The position numbers and the translations under genes were made by a program. Positions 1-13,500 of a stretch of DNA of 64,000 nt are shown piece by piece. The stretch is from Balanoglossus misakiensis (taxonomy: Eukaryota > Animalia > Hemichordata). Each line of letters begins with the position of its first letter. Position 1 is the first letter of the stretch. The notes under the pieces are model-generated. The model had not been told where the DNA came from. It saw only the letters and a program-made list of their open reading frames with translations, and made no database searches. The DNA lies in assembly GCA_040954595.2 (NCBI GenBank), contig CM082594.2, positions 5,317,319 through 5,381,318 on the forward strand, read 5' to 3'.

Positions 1-1020
1 AGATTACGAATTTTCACTGATGAAGTGGCGCGGTAGATGCAGGCAGACTTTTTACTCCCAATGCCGTATAGCTAAGCCGACGTTCCCGAACGAAATTATC
101 GCTTCTGCAAGCGTTGGCTACCCCTTACCCGGTGTTATCGAACACTCGGACGAAAATCTATAAATCGTGGTCTTTTCCCTTCTAAAACAGAATAGGACTG
201 GAGCGCATGAATGGTCTGCGCGTTTCTAAAGAGATTCAGAGCCGGCCGTGGCTCCAGCGATGACAAAAGCCTAGTACATTTGCGGCGTGCTCTTCTATTC
301 CTTTCGAGCGACACAGGCCCCGAGTGTATGAGACCGGCCTGCCCGGGCGATAAAGCTTTCTGATCGAAGTAGAGACAGGCCAGCTTCTCATAATCTCCAT
401 AAGAGGATTACTTGGGGGGAACACGTCACAAACATTTGATGAAGACTGCCTTCTCTCGCGTTATTACACGCGGGCAATTGAAGTGTATAGGGCTGCGCGT
501 AAGAGGCAACGCCAACGGTGATTACCATAACTGGCCATTTGGCCAATTCAGATAATTTCGTCTATTTACGGGATAACTGTGATTGTGTAAACGGCTCTGT
601 TGCTTTTTCGAACTTTTCAGTCGATTGGCCAAACACACACGCAAAACGGATACACGTTATTAAAAATGATTTGATGGTTTAGACAAATCAGGGCCCGATA
701 AATCATAAAAAATGCCCGTTACGTTCTGCCATCAAAAATAATAGAGGCGAGGCAGCATTCACTTGAGAGAAGTCATAATGTGTCGCTGATTGTTATGGGC
801 ATAAAGTATACGCTATTTTGGCATAATTGAACGCAATTTTTTCCCTCAAAAATTGGGCCTAATACAACAACGCAGAGGCCGAATAAACGCAGTGTGGCGA
901 GTCGTTCTTCGCAGAGCGGGACACAAGCTTGCCCGGCGCGTTTCTATATCGCGGATTTTGGATCAACTCGTGGGTCAACTTCTCGCTCCGGACTGATCGA
1001 TCGCCGTGTTTGTTACTCAC

Positions 1021-1205
1021 CTGAGTTTGTGTAAGACCGAGGGACGCCGCCAGTTCCGCTCGTTCGGGGAGGGCTAAGTACTGTGTTCGCTGGAATCGGC
1101 GGTTCAATTGCTGCAGCTGTAAGCTGCTGTATATGGTACGTGGCTTTCTCATTTTCTTGCCTTTGCCGTTCACTCGGAGCTCATTTTCCGAGACGGTCTT
1201 TTCAG
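1021..1205 (-). CDS. Dlx: Dlx coding exon 2 (homeodomain residues 1-44)
   Basis: Acceptor ttcttttcccag|CTGAA. Translates (A)[61 protein letters not shown], a diagnostic Dll/Dlx homeodomain. Donor CAG|GTGAGT at 1020 is the conserved Q|VKIWFQN intron position. No VKIWFQN exon was seen in 1-1020, so exon 3 is outside the window. Confidence 0.97.
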
Positions 1206-1563
1206 CTGGGAAAAGAAGAAGGAGGCAGATATCAAATTGGGCACTTCTAGGGTGGAATGGTTAATACTTTTGACGACCTCTGCACCCGGGTACCTCATAA
1301 AATTGGATTAGAGCGTCTTTCATCGAGTGTAACCGGGGGAAATTTCATTGCTCGTGATTACTGTCGAGAGCATGCACCTATTACCGCCTCGATAACAGGC
1401 GTTAACTTTTGCCCCGTCGGTAAATAGACTTTGATTTGCTTTTGATCCACGTCATGGTTACCTGAGACGCTGTAAACGCTTCATTTTAGAATTTATACAC
1501 ACGCATTATTTTTTATAAGCGATACCGAAACATAAAACGAAGTAACAAGTAGTGGAAGTGTAC

Positions 1564-1870
1564 CTTCTCTCGTCATCGTGGGACTCGTGCACGTCGTCGC
1601 CGTCTGGTAGGGGTTGAGATAGTGGTGTCCGTGGTTGGCCATGGGGTTCATGTGGAACGGGTACCCGAGCGGTCGGGAGTGCTGCGCCGCGCCGAACGGC
1701 GAGTCGTGTTGCGACGGTCCGGTGGGCGGGCAGCGCATCGGCCCCGGGTAGTGGTGGTGCGTCGGCGCGCCGTACACCGAGCCCTGTTGCTGCATCTGTT
1801 GGATTTCCATGAACGCAGACTTGGAGACTTCCACGTCCAGACCGTCAGCGAGGCTTGTCATTAAAGACAT
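1564..1870 (-). CDS. Dlx: Distal-less/Dlx homeobox transcription factor, coding exon 1
   Basis: ATG at 1870 gives MSLMTSLADGLDVEVSKSAFMEIQQ...HHHYPG...TSPTMTRE, containing the conserved Dlx N-terminal SKSAFME motif and a His/Pro-rich region. Donor GAAG|GTACAC at 1563 (phase 1) joins in frame to exon 2. Confidence 0.9.
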
Positions 1871-1924
1871 CAGCGGACAATTACGAAGGGGTTTTTTCCT
1901 TCCTCCCGATCGCTGCGTAGCTAT

Positions 1925-2125
1925 CAAATACTGACTGACTGAACGAACGATTTGCGAAACAACCAGCGAACTATCTATCTCGAAGTCAATAAGTATTGGC
2001 CCCCACGCGGTAAAATTAATATGTATGTTTAGAGGACACGCCCACTGACTTTACAACTCATACGATTGGCTCCTGGAATAATAGCCTTTAATTGTGCCCC
2101 ACCGAATATTTAATTAGCTCAGGTC
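1925..2125 (-). promoter_or_regulatory. Putative Dlx core promoter
   Basis: On the minus strand, just upstream of the ATG: Inr-like TCAGT repeats (~1930-1942), an AT-rich CATATTAATTTT (~2012-2023), a CCAAT box (gattggc ~2064-2070) and TAATTG/TAATTA homeodomain sites (~2089, ~2110). The transcription start cannot be fixed from sequence. Confidence 0.4.
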
Positions 2126-4496
2126 GGAGGAATTGTAATCGCCAGTTACCGTGTAGTCCCACGTCTCGCTCCCATTGTTCGGTATTGTGAAATTGTCTCG
2201 TCGGGAGGCTCCAGACAGATAGCCGAAAACACTGACAACAGAATCACAGGTCCTGCAAACTGTCACTCACGCCCTAGCCCAGCGACCGTTCACTGGTCGA
2301 GCAGGGGGAACATCGGTCGGCCCCCACTCGAAAGTTTAGCAAAAAGTTCCCGAGCCCCCTTTCGCAACAAGGCCCGGGCTCGTTTTTTTCCTAAGTGCTG
2401 CCGTCGAAGGATACGTTTAAAAGTGACCCCGGTGACACAGAAGGTAGCGGAGGTCGGACTGGGGAAGCTTGGATGTACAGACACCGTCTACACACAATCC
2501 CTATTATCCCGACATCGTCCACTATTCACTTAATTGGTGCTAAGTAGCACTTTCTTTCAGCCGTCTTTCAGGAGAGCTGACCACGAAACACAACAAACCT
2601 TTTACGCGCAACAATCGCAGGCAGCCAGTTGAAAAGGGGGTCCCCACAAAAGTTTGTATGTTTTCGGCGTAATAAAGAAGGGGACGGCGGTACGGGGACG
2701 GCGAGCTGGGCAGCGGGCGGACCAGTGGCGCCGCGCTTTTAATTCCTACATACACGCGCGATTACTGATAAAATTAAACCCTTCTACACTCAATTGACAT
2801 TGTCCAGGGGTAGTAAGGTGACATTGGGTGACCCCCGGTGGTCACAGAAACGGGACAGGTTCACTTCGAAGCAACCCTAGCGCGAAAAAAAAAAGTTTTC
2901 ATGGCTGAAGGAGACTTAATAGTCCCTGTTTACGCTGGGTCGATAGCTGTGCAAATACTTGTCCTACGATTACAGGTACTAAACACAGCTACTGTGCCTC
3001 GTGAGTGAAACTGACCCCTTCTGTTAATCCCACATACCCACGGCACTTATCGTGTAAACTCCACAGGAAAAAAATGTCAATAAAGTGTCCGCGGGGAGAT
3101 ACACATCACCACTGCACCAAAAGAGGTCCACCACGCGACACTGTTTTACAAGTAAATAACACACATTAGCCGTTAAAATAACAAAATAACAAATGGGGGC
3201 AGTGCGCGCATACATGTACGACCCTTGGTTGTACTAGTTAGTTATATATTACAGCAATTCGGCAAATTACTCAATAATTACCATATTAACCCTAATTCTA
3301 GCCTTTTCTGTAGAATGTGTTCCCCCTTGTGTTGACATATTAACCAATTTTCCGTGGTTAAATCAACACATCCAGAGTCATTTGTCAAAAGTAGACGGCA
3401 ATAAAATGAAACTAGTGGTAATTTGCCCATTTGTCTGGCTACCAACACCTGCCTAGCATCAGTCCGACCGCCGCTGTCACTGTGTGTCCACGACAGCTCA
3501 CTGCAACCACAGACCCGCGTCGGGAAACGGACCAGGACCGGCTAAAAAGACACGGCCTTTGATATATACAAGCGAGTACATTTTTGTGGGAAACAGAACT
3601 CGGGATGATTTACAGGTAAACGCCACTTCATTTTCTTTTCACCCCGACGCAGGTGTCCCCGACTCAAAAAACTGAGTTTTCGACAGTGACACGCACACAA
3701 AACAAGCCGGTTGTGATATACGACTCGCGGGGGCTGGGAGGAGCCCCGTCGCAAGATTTCTTTCCGAATGCCAGCGAATTCCTCCAGAAACAACGCAATT
3801 TTACGAGCAGGTAATTTATGCCCTTATTGAACTGTGTACACTGAACTTGATGTCGTTCGACTTTCAAGGGAGGCGAGTAAAATCTGCATCAGAATGCATC
3901 GCTCGCCGTTTATGGCGTTGTTTTCATGTTGTGTAGTAAAACTGACACACATTATAAGGAAAGTGTTAGACTTCCAAATTTATCGTCAGTTGGATGGAGA
4001 ACGGACATTTAAATATGCCGTGAGGTAAACTCCTGTATTATGTACTATCTATACTGTTACCGGATTCAAAGTGACAGGTTTGGCTGGTGTTGTTTATCAT
4101 GAACGCGGCCAGTCCTTTCAGAGAATCATACAACTTCATAAAAATATTATTGACGATTTTTATATATCACTCGCCTGAAATACTCATCAACGACATCATG
4201 ATATCGAACTTTACAATTAACACGTTAAATTTTGCGGTCTGTCGCCATTTGCGACAAAATCCCCAGCGCTATTGAGCAATAGCACCTTGATATTAATCCT
4301 AATATTGCTCAACTAGATTTGGTCCATCTTTTCGTTACGTGGATTACAAATGAAACTGTCATTACATTATTCACCATTCACCGAAAGTATTTCATAAATT
4401 GCATAAGACGCCGTTTAATATAGATTACAAGCGGGAAAATTTCCGCTGTTGTGGTTCATTTTCCTCGCGACTCTTTCTTCAATAACAAACACTTCT

Positions 4497-4524
4497 GAGA
4501 GAGAGAGAGAGAGAGAGAGAGAGA
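4497..4524. repeat. (GA)n microsatellite
   Basis: Pure GA run read directly. Confidence 0.95.
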
Positions 4525-7500
4525 TACGCGGCCCCTTTTTCGAAACGCGCGAGAAAGACTTGAAAGGTCAACCGACAACTTTGCCCACTGCCACGCTCCT
4601 CAATGCATCCACTATACCTGTTGTTAATTGCGGCGAATCTTGTCGATTGCGTTTCATTTTTTTCGAATATCGTCCGTTTCAATATTGATTACCAGAGCGG
4701 AGAGTCGGTTGTCGGGAGAGCCGTTCTCTCTCACTTTTCTCCAGTTGCGGCCTTGCATGACAGGATGTTCTCGCCAAGCGACATCGTCCACCCGCTGATT
4801 CGGAATTGTATCACAATAATGGAATTAATTATGAAGTAAAAACCGTAAGAACGTCTTTTCAGAACCCCTTGTGTTTAGTCCCAGCAAGTGGAAAAAATTG
4901 TTCTCATATTTTTCTCCGTCTTTCCCGAATACCGCACCGTAGGATGCGGTCCGCGCACAAAAGTAGTCTTCGCAGTTCCTTTCACACGACTGCGCGGTTC
5001 GCCTTTTGATTTTAAACAGGCGTATATTTATTGACAGTGTCTGATGACGTTTTGTATTGCTTGTCAATTTATTTGGGGACATTAGAGACGGGGGACGGTT
5101 TTCTCGATCCAAACGTCTATTCGGATCATTCTTTGAGAAAATGAATCGCGTGATGTTTTCACAGTGAGTAACCTATGCGGGCCATTTTTGTTGCTGAAGT
5201 CTTTTGGTATGAAACGGCCAAAGGTATAACCACAAGCTTCATATCTGCTCCGTGAAAGCAGTTTTCTCAAATTGGTTAACAACCAGAAAATTTAACTCTC
5301 GTTTGTTGCCCCAATTTCATGGCGACCGTTGTCCGCCAGATTTCGTCGAGTTTCCAGAAATTTGTTCTGTCAACGTCTTTCACGAAGCCTGTGCCTCAAA
5401 TTCTTTATTTCCCTAACCCATCTTCCAATCACCAATTTATTGAATCTTTCGGAAGCTAACCCAGAAGATACTTTAGACTGACGTTAAGAGTGTTTATGGC
5501 CGGTGATATTGATGTTAATTTTGGCAAAATTTACCTTCACCGAAGCGTAATTATAATTACTCTTAATTATTTTAATCGCAATTAAATTCCGCGCAATTTA
5601 ACCGCAATACGAATTATTGTCCTTGCAAATTGTAAGACACGAAAATCTGTTGTCGGTTTCTCTCTTTCTGTCTCTCTCTGTCTCTCTCGGTGATTGCTTT
5701 GAGAGGCGAGATGGACAGCGACGAGAGACGCAAAAAAGTGGTCGATTGCCGACATCCACAAATGAGGGGGAAGAGGCAAATCAAGGCAGCATACTCGGGC
5801 ACTACAGGTGTCCTTCCATAGAAATGTGCATTTTGTTTTTGTTCATTAAGACACGGACGGGCTTGCTGGATTTCACGCTGTGTCTGAAGCCCGTCTCAAT
5901 GCGCGTGTCGTTATATCGAGCGAAATTATCTCCTGTCGTTAGTTTGGTTTTTTTACTTGGCTCTCCTTGGTTTAAAATCGAAAATACGACAGGGCCTTCT
6001 AACGTCGTATCCCCCCATCCACACGTAAATTGAGTAATTTTGTTTGGGGAGTATTCCGTCCATGCGTGAAATACGCGAACAGCCTTTAGTTCGAAGTTCT
6101 GACTACACCATAGATGGCGCTGCGTATGTAGCCCACAGTAACCATTTCCTACTTCCACTGTCAAACACAAACGCAGCCAGCACATTTGACGAAACCAACT
6201 TCCAGGATTCCAAGGTGTTACAACAATAAGTAATTTCCTCTAAGACTTGAAAGTTTTTCCTACAAAATGAAAGAAATTCGATGTCTGCTGAAGACATCTA
6301 ACTGACAGCAATTGAAGAGAAACTACAGCCTAGATGACGAGATATGTCGAGAGAGAGAGACAATTTATTAGCATAAGAATCAAAGCGAAGTGTGAACTGG
6401 TTTAGGAGAGGCGTCATCCGACTGAGAGTGAATCACAAATCTGGGTCCTCTGAGATCTGCTTCACGGTTACGTTTTGTAATTTTTAATTGCAGAACAAGG
6501 CCATTAAAATAGAATACGACCATAAGCAATATAAAGAGAAGTTGCGCTTCCAAAGGAAACGTGTTACATCTGCAGCCTGGCAGTGTCTCTTTTTAAATAA
6601 ATAGGCCCGGGTGTGAAAATTATCTCCGCGTTCCGAAGTGGAACCCTGAATTTACCGTCGCGGAAAATTCACTGTTTGATACAATAACACAGATAATATT
6701 TTTCTCTCTGTTTAAGTAGTACTAAGAACAGCCAGCGTGTCAGTCTCGCCAAGTCAGATCAGATCATAATCACAGAGCACGGAATACAGATTAAAATGTG
6801 GACTTTATACTCAAAATGGGCTGCAATTTCTTTGGGCACAATCATGTATCACCACAACGATTTCATACACGTCTACAAAGCGTGTTATTGTCATCCGCCT
6901 GTGTATTTTTTTCTCTGTGATTTCATCTCGATTGCCATCTTTCACAGACCATGCTATCATATTAGTCGTACATTTGCAGTTAACAAATTACAACTTGTGC
7001 ACACAATGTCTCTATCGCCCCATATGAATAAATTATTTCATCAGTCTATACGGGGGCCTAATTCTCCTGTATTGTATATAAAGTGCATTGTTAAAAAGAC
7101 CAATTTACTCGTTGCGATTCTTTCCCACTACAGACTAATGCTTTGGGCGGTTCTTCTTTAAAGCAGTTTCGATTTTTATTGTTGTATTTAAGATGTACGC
7201 ATAAAGGCTAGACCTTTCTGGCTTAGTGTGGCGTTTTCGTCTTCTAAAGCACAATAAGATATCTATTCTTTTTATTAAAAAAAAACTTTGCTCTGAAAAA
7301 TAATCGTCTTTTTCGCCAGGACTGATATGAGTTGATTTTTTTTCTGTCATTACGCGGGGGCCATCAGCAGACAATTAGGGCAACCGTAAGATTACGCGGT
7401 AAATAGCGAAGTTGCATTGACTTTACATCTCCATTCACAGAAGTTCATAAACGACGGCCTGTCTCTGGATGTCATTGGCAACAACAGCCCACCGCCGTCG

Positions 7501-10500
7501 AATCCGGGCAACGCGACACGCGCACGCCTAAACGGAGCCTCGCTTTTGATATTGATTTTTGAGTATTTGTATACTTGGGTGTGGTACGGGAGAGAATATC
7601 ACCAAACTGGCTCGCTCAGCTGGGACTTGGCAAATATTTTTTTATAAAGAATTTGCGAGGCATTATCCGGTGCGGAGGATGGATATCATCGGATGTTTTT
7701 TTTCTTCTTCTGCACATCGTCTCAATGCCTTGTCTTTGGTAGGGTGAATCGGAACGATGCAACGCGATATATGTCGAAATTACTTAATGCACTTAGGTTC
7801 GAGATTTTTTCCTTTGATTCGGGCTTAGTTGGTTAAATCAGCAGATCGCGGCATGAAGCCTGAGTAAAGAACCACATGATGTCGCCAGTACTTTACAGCG
7901 GCGAAAAAAGGGGGGCTTTAAATATTCATAACGGATCGTAGCGAAAACGAGTGCAGTCCGGGTGCACGTGCAAAACACTGCCGACGTCTAGATTTGAACA
8001 CACTTGTATTCAGGGCGTTTAGCCGAGGCAAAAAACAGTACATTTCAATAATTCGAAGAACCTTTGTATAGTGCGTCCAGCCAACGAGTAGGGCTACGAC
8101 GACGACGCAACAATTTTCCCGTGCTTTCATTTCCCCCTGACAAATACATTTCAAAAAAGCGCCTAATCGTGCAAATTATCCGAAACCGTTACAGAAAGAG
8201 GATATTAAGCCCATGGAAAATAATTATGACGTTTTTGAGCTTTTATCTGCGTTACAGCGGTCGTGATTACATTGCAACTTTTACCGGTGCGCTCGTGGTA
8301 ATTGGCGCTCAAATTATTTCCGATTACCCTTTAATATGGGGGAAAGAAGCCTGGCTAATTAAACAGAGGCTTGTGTTGCCATCAAGATATGCGAGTGCGC
8401 CTCAAAGAAAGCGTTTTTTCCACTCCATTTTCCGTGTATTTTGCTGGCCCGATAAAAGCGTTTCTGTCATTTCTTTTTTTTTAATATGCGACTGTTTGTG
8501 TGTCCCCCTTTTGTGTTCGAGACATTTTACCTCTGAACGACAGGTAAATTGTGCGAGGCAACGAACCATAAATACAATAGCGGCCCAACTCAAAACTTCA
8601 ATATGACACGCTGATACGTTAACTGGACGATATAAAGTGCGTCTTGTTGCTTGGAACACGGCCGACTGTTCGCCAAGTCTCTCAAGTATACAAGGCACTC
8701 TAAGGTGACGTGTTTTTATTCAAGTTCAGTGCTTTGTGTTACCTATGCATCACAGCCACCTCACCTGGTCAGATCGTTTGATCCTCGCGTGCGACGCAAT
8801 CATTTCTGTCATCACCTGCGCGACGAAGCTCGGACGGGAGAAAAACAGTCATCGACCGTAAAAGTGGGACTGATCATCAGCTGGGAAGTTTCTTCGCCTC
8901 TTCCCTCCACGCCGTGTCGATTGAACGACGAACGGTATTAGCCTAATTTTACGTATCAGTCACGTTTGATGCGCCATTTCAGATGCCAATTTTCTTGTTT
9001 ATGGTCGCAGTAAAACGTCAATGAATTTTCGTCTCGATCTGCCGTGAGCTTTTGCAGCCTAGCCCGGTATCTTCCTAAACGTTCATTTCGGCAATTAGAC
9101 ACGCATAGGCATGTAGTCGATCGACGGATTGCCAGTGTATATATATACACACACACTCTGCAGCTGGGACGACAACTGCTTTCGAATCTCTCCCTTGCCT
9201 CCGCTCCATAGTTTTACTAACCCCACCCATTATTATAAATTCGAAAACGAAATTTGTCAGACAAAGTGAATTTGTTTGAAACTTCGCAGGTTTCCTGCCA
9301 GAAGTTGCCCTGTTGCGAGTGTGTGTGTGTGTGTGTTTTTTTCTTTCTCTCCGTTCGTATGCCCGCGAATAAACAAAAGTGTGGCTGTACCGGTTGATTG
9401 TTACATTCCCAGTCCCACAGTTCATTAAAAAGCGAAATTTTCAGGAACCTCGATCCCGTTCTCAAACAAAGAATTTTGAGTGGCTTCCATATATATCACT
9501 GAACACAATGTACTATAGATCTGAGCAGGGCCTTAAAATATTCATGGGGTTGTTGGAAGAAAAAAATGCTTTCAGGGGAGCGCAGTAACAGAGCCAGGCA
9601 CGCGCCAAAACACACGTCCTAGGAGTAGCGACCACTCGTCCACAATGACTGGCTAATAATACGAAACGATGAAATCACGGTGATAGTCAGGCATATGCTT
9701 TGGAACTGAAAGGAGAAGCTTTCTCATGAATGCTAAATGCGCCTAGTCGATAGTCGCTCTCGGCGTCCGTTAAGCTGGCCGACACCGAGAAGAGAGGGTA
9801 GCCTCGCTTGATAGAAAAAAAAAGAAAAAAGTTCGCAGCGTCCTGGCGAGCGCATTCAAGGGGAAAAAGGAGAGTCGTGACGTGAAAAGCGGTTTTCCCA
9901 ATATCTCGGAGATGGACACGTGTTTGCCGGGGATGTATATAGAACTTTGGGCTTTGGCGGCTCAGCACTCGACAGACATACGATTCCCATGGTGGCGTTT
10001 TGTCGGAAATTCGACACAAAACCCTAAGAAACAAGTCTGCGCCCGGAGTGGAAACGAACCATTTTAGCCACCAATCGAAGTAAGAGCAGGGTTGTTTGGA
10101 GGGTTTTTTTCGCCGATGGATTCTCGTAAAAGTGGAAAATAAGAAAAGGGTCGTGTGTCTCCAGCGTTAGTTGTATTTATTTACACGTTGATGCCCCTCG
10201 CTTTTGACGCACGTTGTATGAGGCGAGGGTTTATTAAAAAATCACAACACAAGCCGGCGCAGGCCGCATTTACATGTAAATTTCATGGGTCCTGCCATTG
10301 TATGTTTCATCTTGGAATAATATCGAGGTCGGAATAACGCACGAACCTAAACCCACTGAAATAAAAATTACCCAAATAAAGTTTTCTTTTTATTATTCAT
10401 GTCTAACACGGTGAAGAACACCGACTAAAGGCTAACATTTTATTGGAAATAAATAAATTAAAATTACTCCTCGATTAAATTCTTCCATATGGAATCCGCC

Positions 10501-13500
10501 CAATTATTGCCCAATATCATCAAATTTTAATCGATTAGCGTTTTTTTAAATTGATCGCATTTTTTCTATTTTTATAGGAACATAGGTGATGAATTTTTCA
10601 TATCGATTCACTGATGAACAAAAGCATGGTTGTTGAACACACAACTATGTCATCTGTACTTTTTATCTGTATTTTGCCTTTTTTTCTATCTCTCTCCCCT
10701 CCCTTTCCTTTATCATGCGCAAAATGTTGCATTTATTTGTGACTGAAGATTTATCGAAAATAACTCACTACGGTAGGAATGTCGGGATACGGCCGACTTG
10801 TTCGTGTTTTAAAGGCGCGTTCACTATACACATGTTATTTAATATGTCGGAGTGAATTGACTGCGTGGTGACTGTTAATTTTCGCCCGGAAAGTTAATAT
10901 TCCTCCACGCCGGCCGGTTACTCGCGATTGTCACACATCACTCGCCTGAAAACAAGCCCAATCTTTCAGAGCGACGGGGGGATCCGTCACAAGTTAGGGG
11001 GGAGAAGTGCCCCCGGGTTATAGTCGCTGTGAAAAATTTAAGCCAAAAAAGCTCAGCGAACAATCGCGATTGAAAAAAAAGTGAACGCGGCGGCCGAGTA
11101 CGTGACTTTCGTGTCAAGCTTGTTTAAGGGAGATTAAGTTAGTCGTGACATTGGGAACAACGCTGGCCCTGGGCGTCTCCCCCCGCGTCCCATGCTGCTG
11201 ATTAGCCCGGCTTGTGTCAAACTCAGATCAGAGAATTCCCCCCTGAATTTATGGCTGCCTCGGTGGTGTACAACTCGACTAAAAATCATGCCTCCTAATT
11301 TCAGTTCACGATAGTTTTCCGTCCCGTTTTTCTCTCCCTCTCTCGTCTAAAGCGCAAAGAGACCTTAAACTATTCTTAATTTCCTTTTAAATTCATTGCA
11401 AAATGTTTTAATGCTTGTGATCAATGTTAACGAATCTCTATGTGCGCTGTCTAGAATGGTGATTGCCCGAAACGCCTATGCCTCCCATTGGTCGTTGCTA
11501 CGCGACAAACTAGCAGCACGACAGAGTCCGACCAGGCGCACATATAGTATCAGACGATAATAAAGACCACGAGCAATTTTAGATAGATCTGGGAATTTCA
11601 ACTAATGCTTGATAAACGGACTTTATCAGGGCGCTGATTCCAGTAAATGAGCCTCCGCGCCTCTTCTTAGTCATTACATCATATTTTCTCAGTAATAAAA
11701 GAGGGGCAAACAACGAACAATTTTGAACTAAGTATAATAAAAGGCGAGAGAGACGCAAATGCCTCCATATTCCTTCGATTTCAGCGACGCGCTCCACAGT
11801 TGCTCTCAGTAAACTGCGAAATTTCACGAATGTTGGGTAAATATCGCGCGGAGAACGATGGTATGTTCGTTTGGGGTTGTGGCCAGATGCAGCTGCTTGG
11901 GTACAGAAAAAAAATCGCTCCACGTTGACCAACGTCAAGGTAAGTGTGACAAGACAAATGTGGTGTCCGAGTGTTTGGGGTTGGGGGGTCCTAGACCTCT
12001 CGATTTCCAAAACAGACTGAAGCCGCGTTTTTTTTTCAGGAGGGGAGGGGAGGGACGTGAAACCGGGCGCTCTCGCCTCGTTGAAGGGTGAGTTTGAGCG
12101 CCAACAAAAACAGAAAAAACGGGAGAAAATGTCAACGTCCCCCCAATGAAAGGACGTCGAATTCAATTGAATCTTTTGTGCGACATTTTTCCCCCAAGTT
12201 CTGTTGCTCTCGGTTGCCGCTGGCGGGAAACGCAGAGGTGACCAAACCAAGTACCTTCGCACCGACTCCCATTGAGCACAATAACATTAGAGACCGAAGC
12301 CGTGGAACTTCGCCCAATAATTGGCTAGCCCACTCTCGTGTGTTATTGAGCTCACAATGCGTGCCACACAACAAAATATCCGCTCAGCAAAAATGCACGA
12401 CAGGCACGGAGATGCCGCTCAGAAAAAAATGACCTTAATACGTGCCTATCCCCAGTGGATGAAAACACACTCTGAAATACTGAAATATGACTATTATGGA
12501 TAAACATCATCGGAATAAATACCGCATATAATGATTGGCTACACATTTGAATCAAATATAATTTCGCTTTCTATTTTGACTACCAGACTATTAGCTGCAG
12601 TCTCTCATTGACTCTAAGACACATGTGCGTTTAATTAAAATGCGTCAGAATTAGTTTTAATATATATTAAAATTTCTGCTCAAAGACCGGGGCGAGGTAG
12701 AAACCAACGCGTATACAGTCGAGTGTATTGTGAGCGGCTTGCGGATTTTCTTGCGAATTAATTACTTTTTTTCCTCGCAGAGCCGTAACTATATACAAAG
12801 TTAAAACTATGAACGTACGCGAAGACTGTTATTTCTACGTTGTAGTGTAACGCGTAGTTATGTCCATTCAAGTCGGTTTCAGGCAAATAGTTGAATCACA
12901 CAGACTTTTACCGATTGAATTTACTGAATCATTGGCATGGGCCGCTCGCTCAAAAACCCCAGAACGGGTGCAGGGATTGTCTGATTTTCTGTTGCGCCTT
13001 GGATTAACATCACTATCGATACACACTTCTGATTATCGCTTACACATTTGCACTGACTGTAAAGTATATTTTCTTAATATTCTTCTACTCGCAATTAAGT
13101 TTAAATTTCGACGAATATTGCCACTCCTTGCCTTGCTTCAATCTTCCCCAGCCCTTCGCATAAAACCCGCTTAACGTTATCATCATTTTGAACCGAAAAA
13201 TGGAAGTCTGTGCGTCCAACATTTGCTGTGTCGCGGCGGTATTAATGTATAGGAAGTTGACATGACCCAGGGTCGGGGAACAAGAGAGATTGCTTACTTA
13301 CTTGTGTTTACTCGGCTAATGATTTTTAACTATTTCCAAAAGTAAATAAATCAGTGTGTGAATGCTATAATTTTGGAGTGTTCTGTTTACATAGAGTTCG
13401 TAAAATTAAAGTTGAATGTAAGCTGACAAATAAGCATATTTGTTGTGTAAAAACTAATATTATGAGAGGACGCGTGTTGGGTGACTCTCTAGTAACGGAC

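Noticed and set aside
859-1020. C-terminal part of ORF 859-1173 (VSNKHGDRS...)
   Set aside because: Read-through into Dlx intron 2 past a canonical GTGAGT donor; the true continuation (VKIWFQN) is outside the window.
2726-2745. TGGCGCC BMP/Smad1-type core upstream of Dlx (also at ~24339)
   Set aside because: No GTCT element at the required 5-nt spacing on either strand; a lone hexamer is uninformative.
7795-7870. tRNA/SINE-like A-box (GGCTTAGTTGGTTAAA)
   Set aside because: No downstream B-box or cloverleaf; the GTTCGA word lies upstream, in the wrong order.
8064-8606. 180-aa ORF on the plus strand
   Set aside because: Non-ATG start, no recognisable domain, composition of non-coding DNA.
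11579-12262. 227-aa ORF on the minus strand
   Set aside because: Non-ATG start, no motif, homopolymer-derived residues; consistent with chance.
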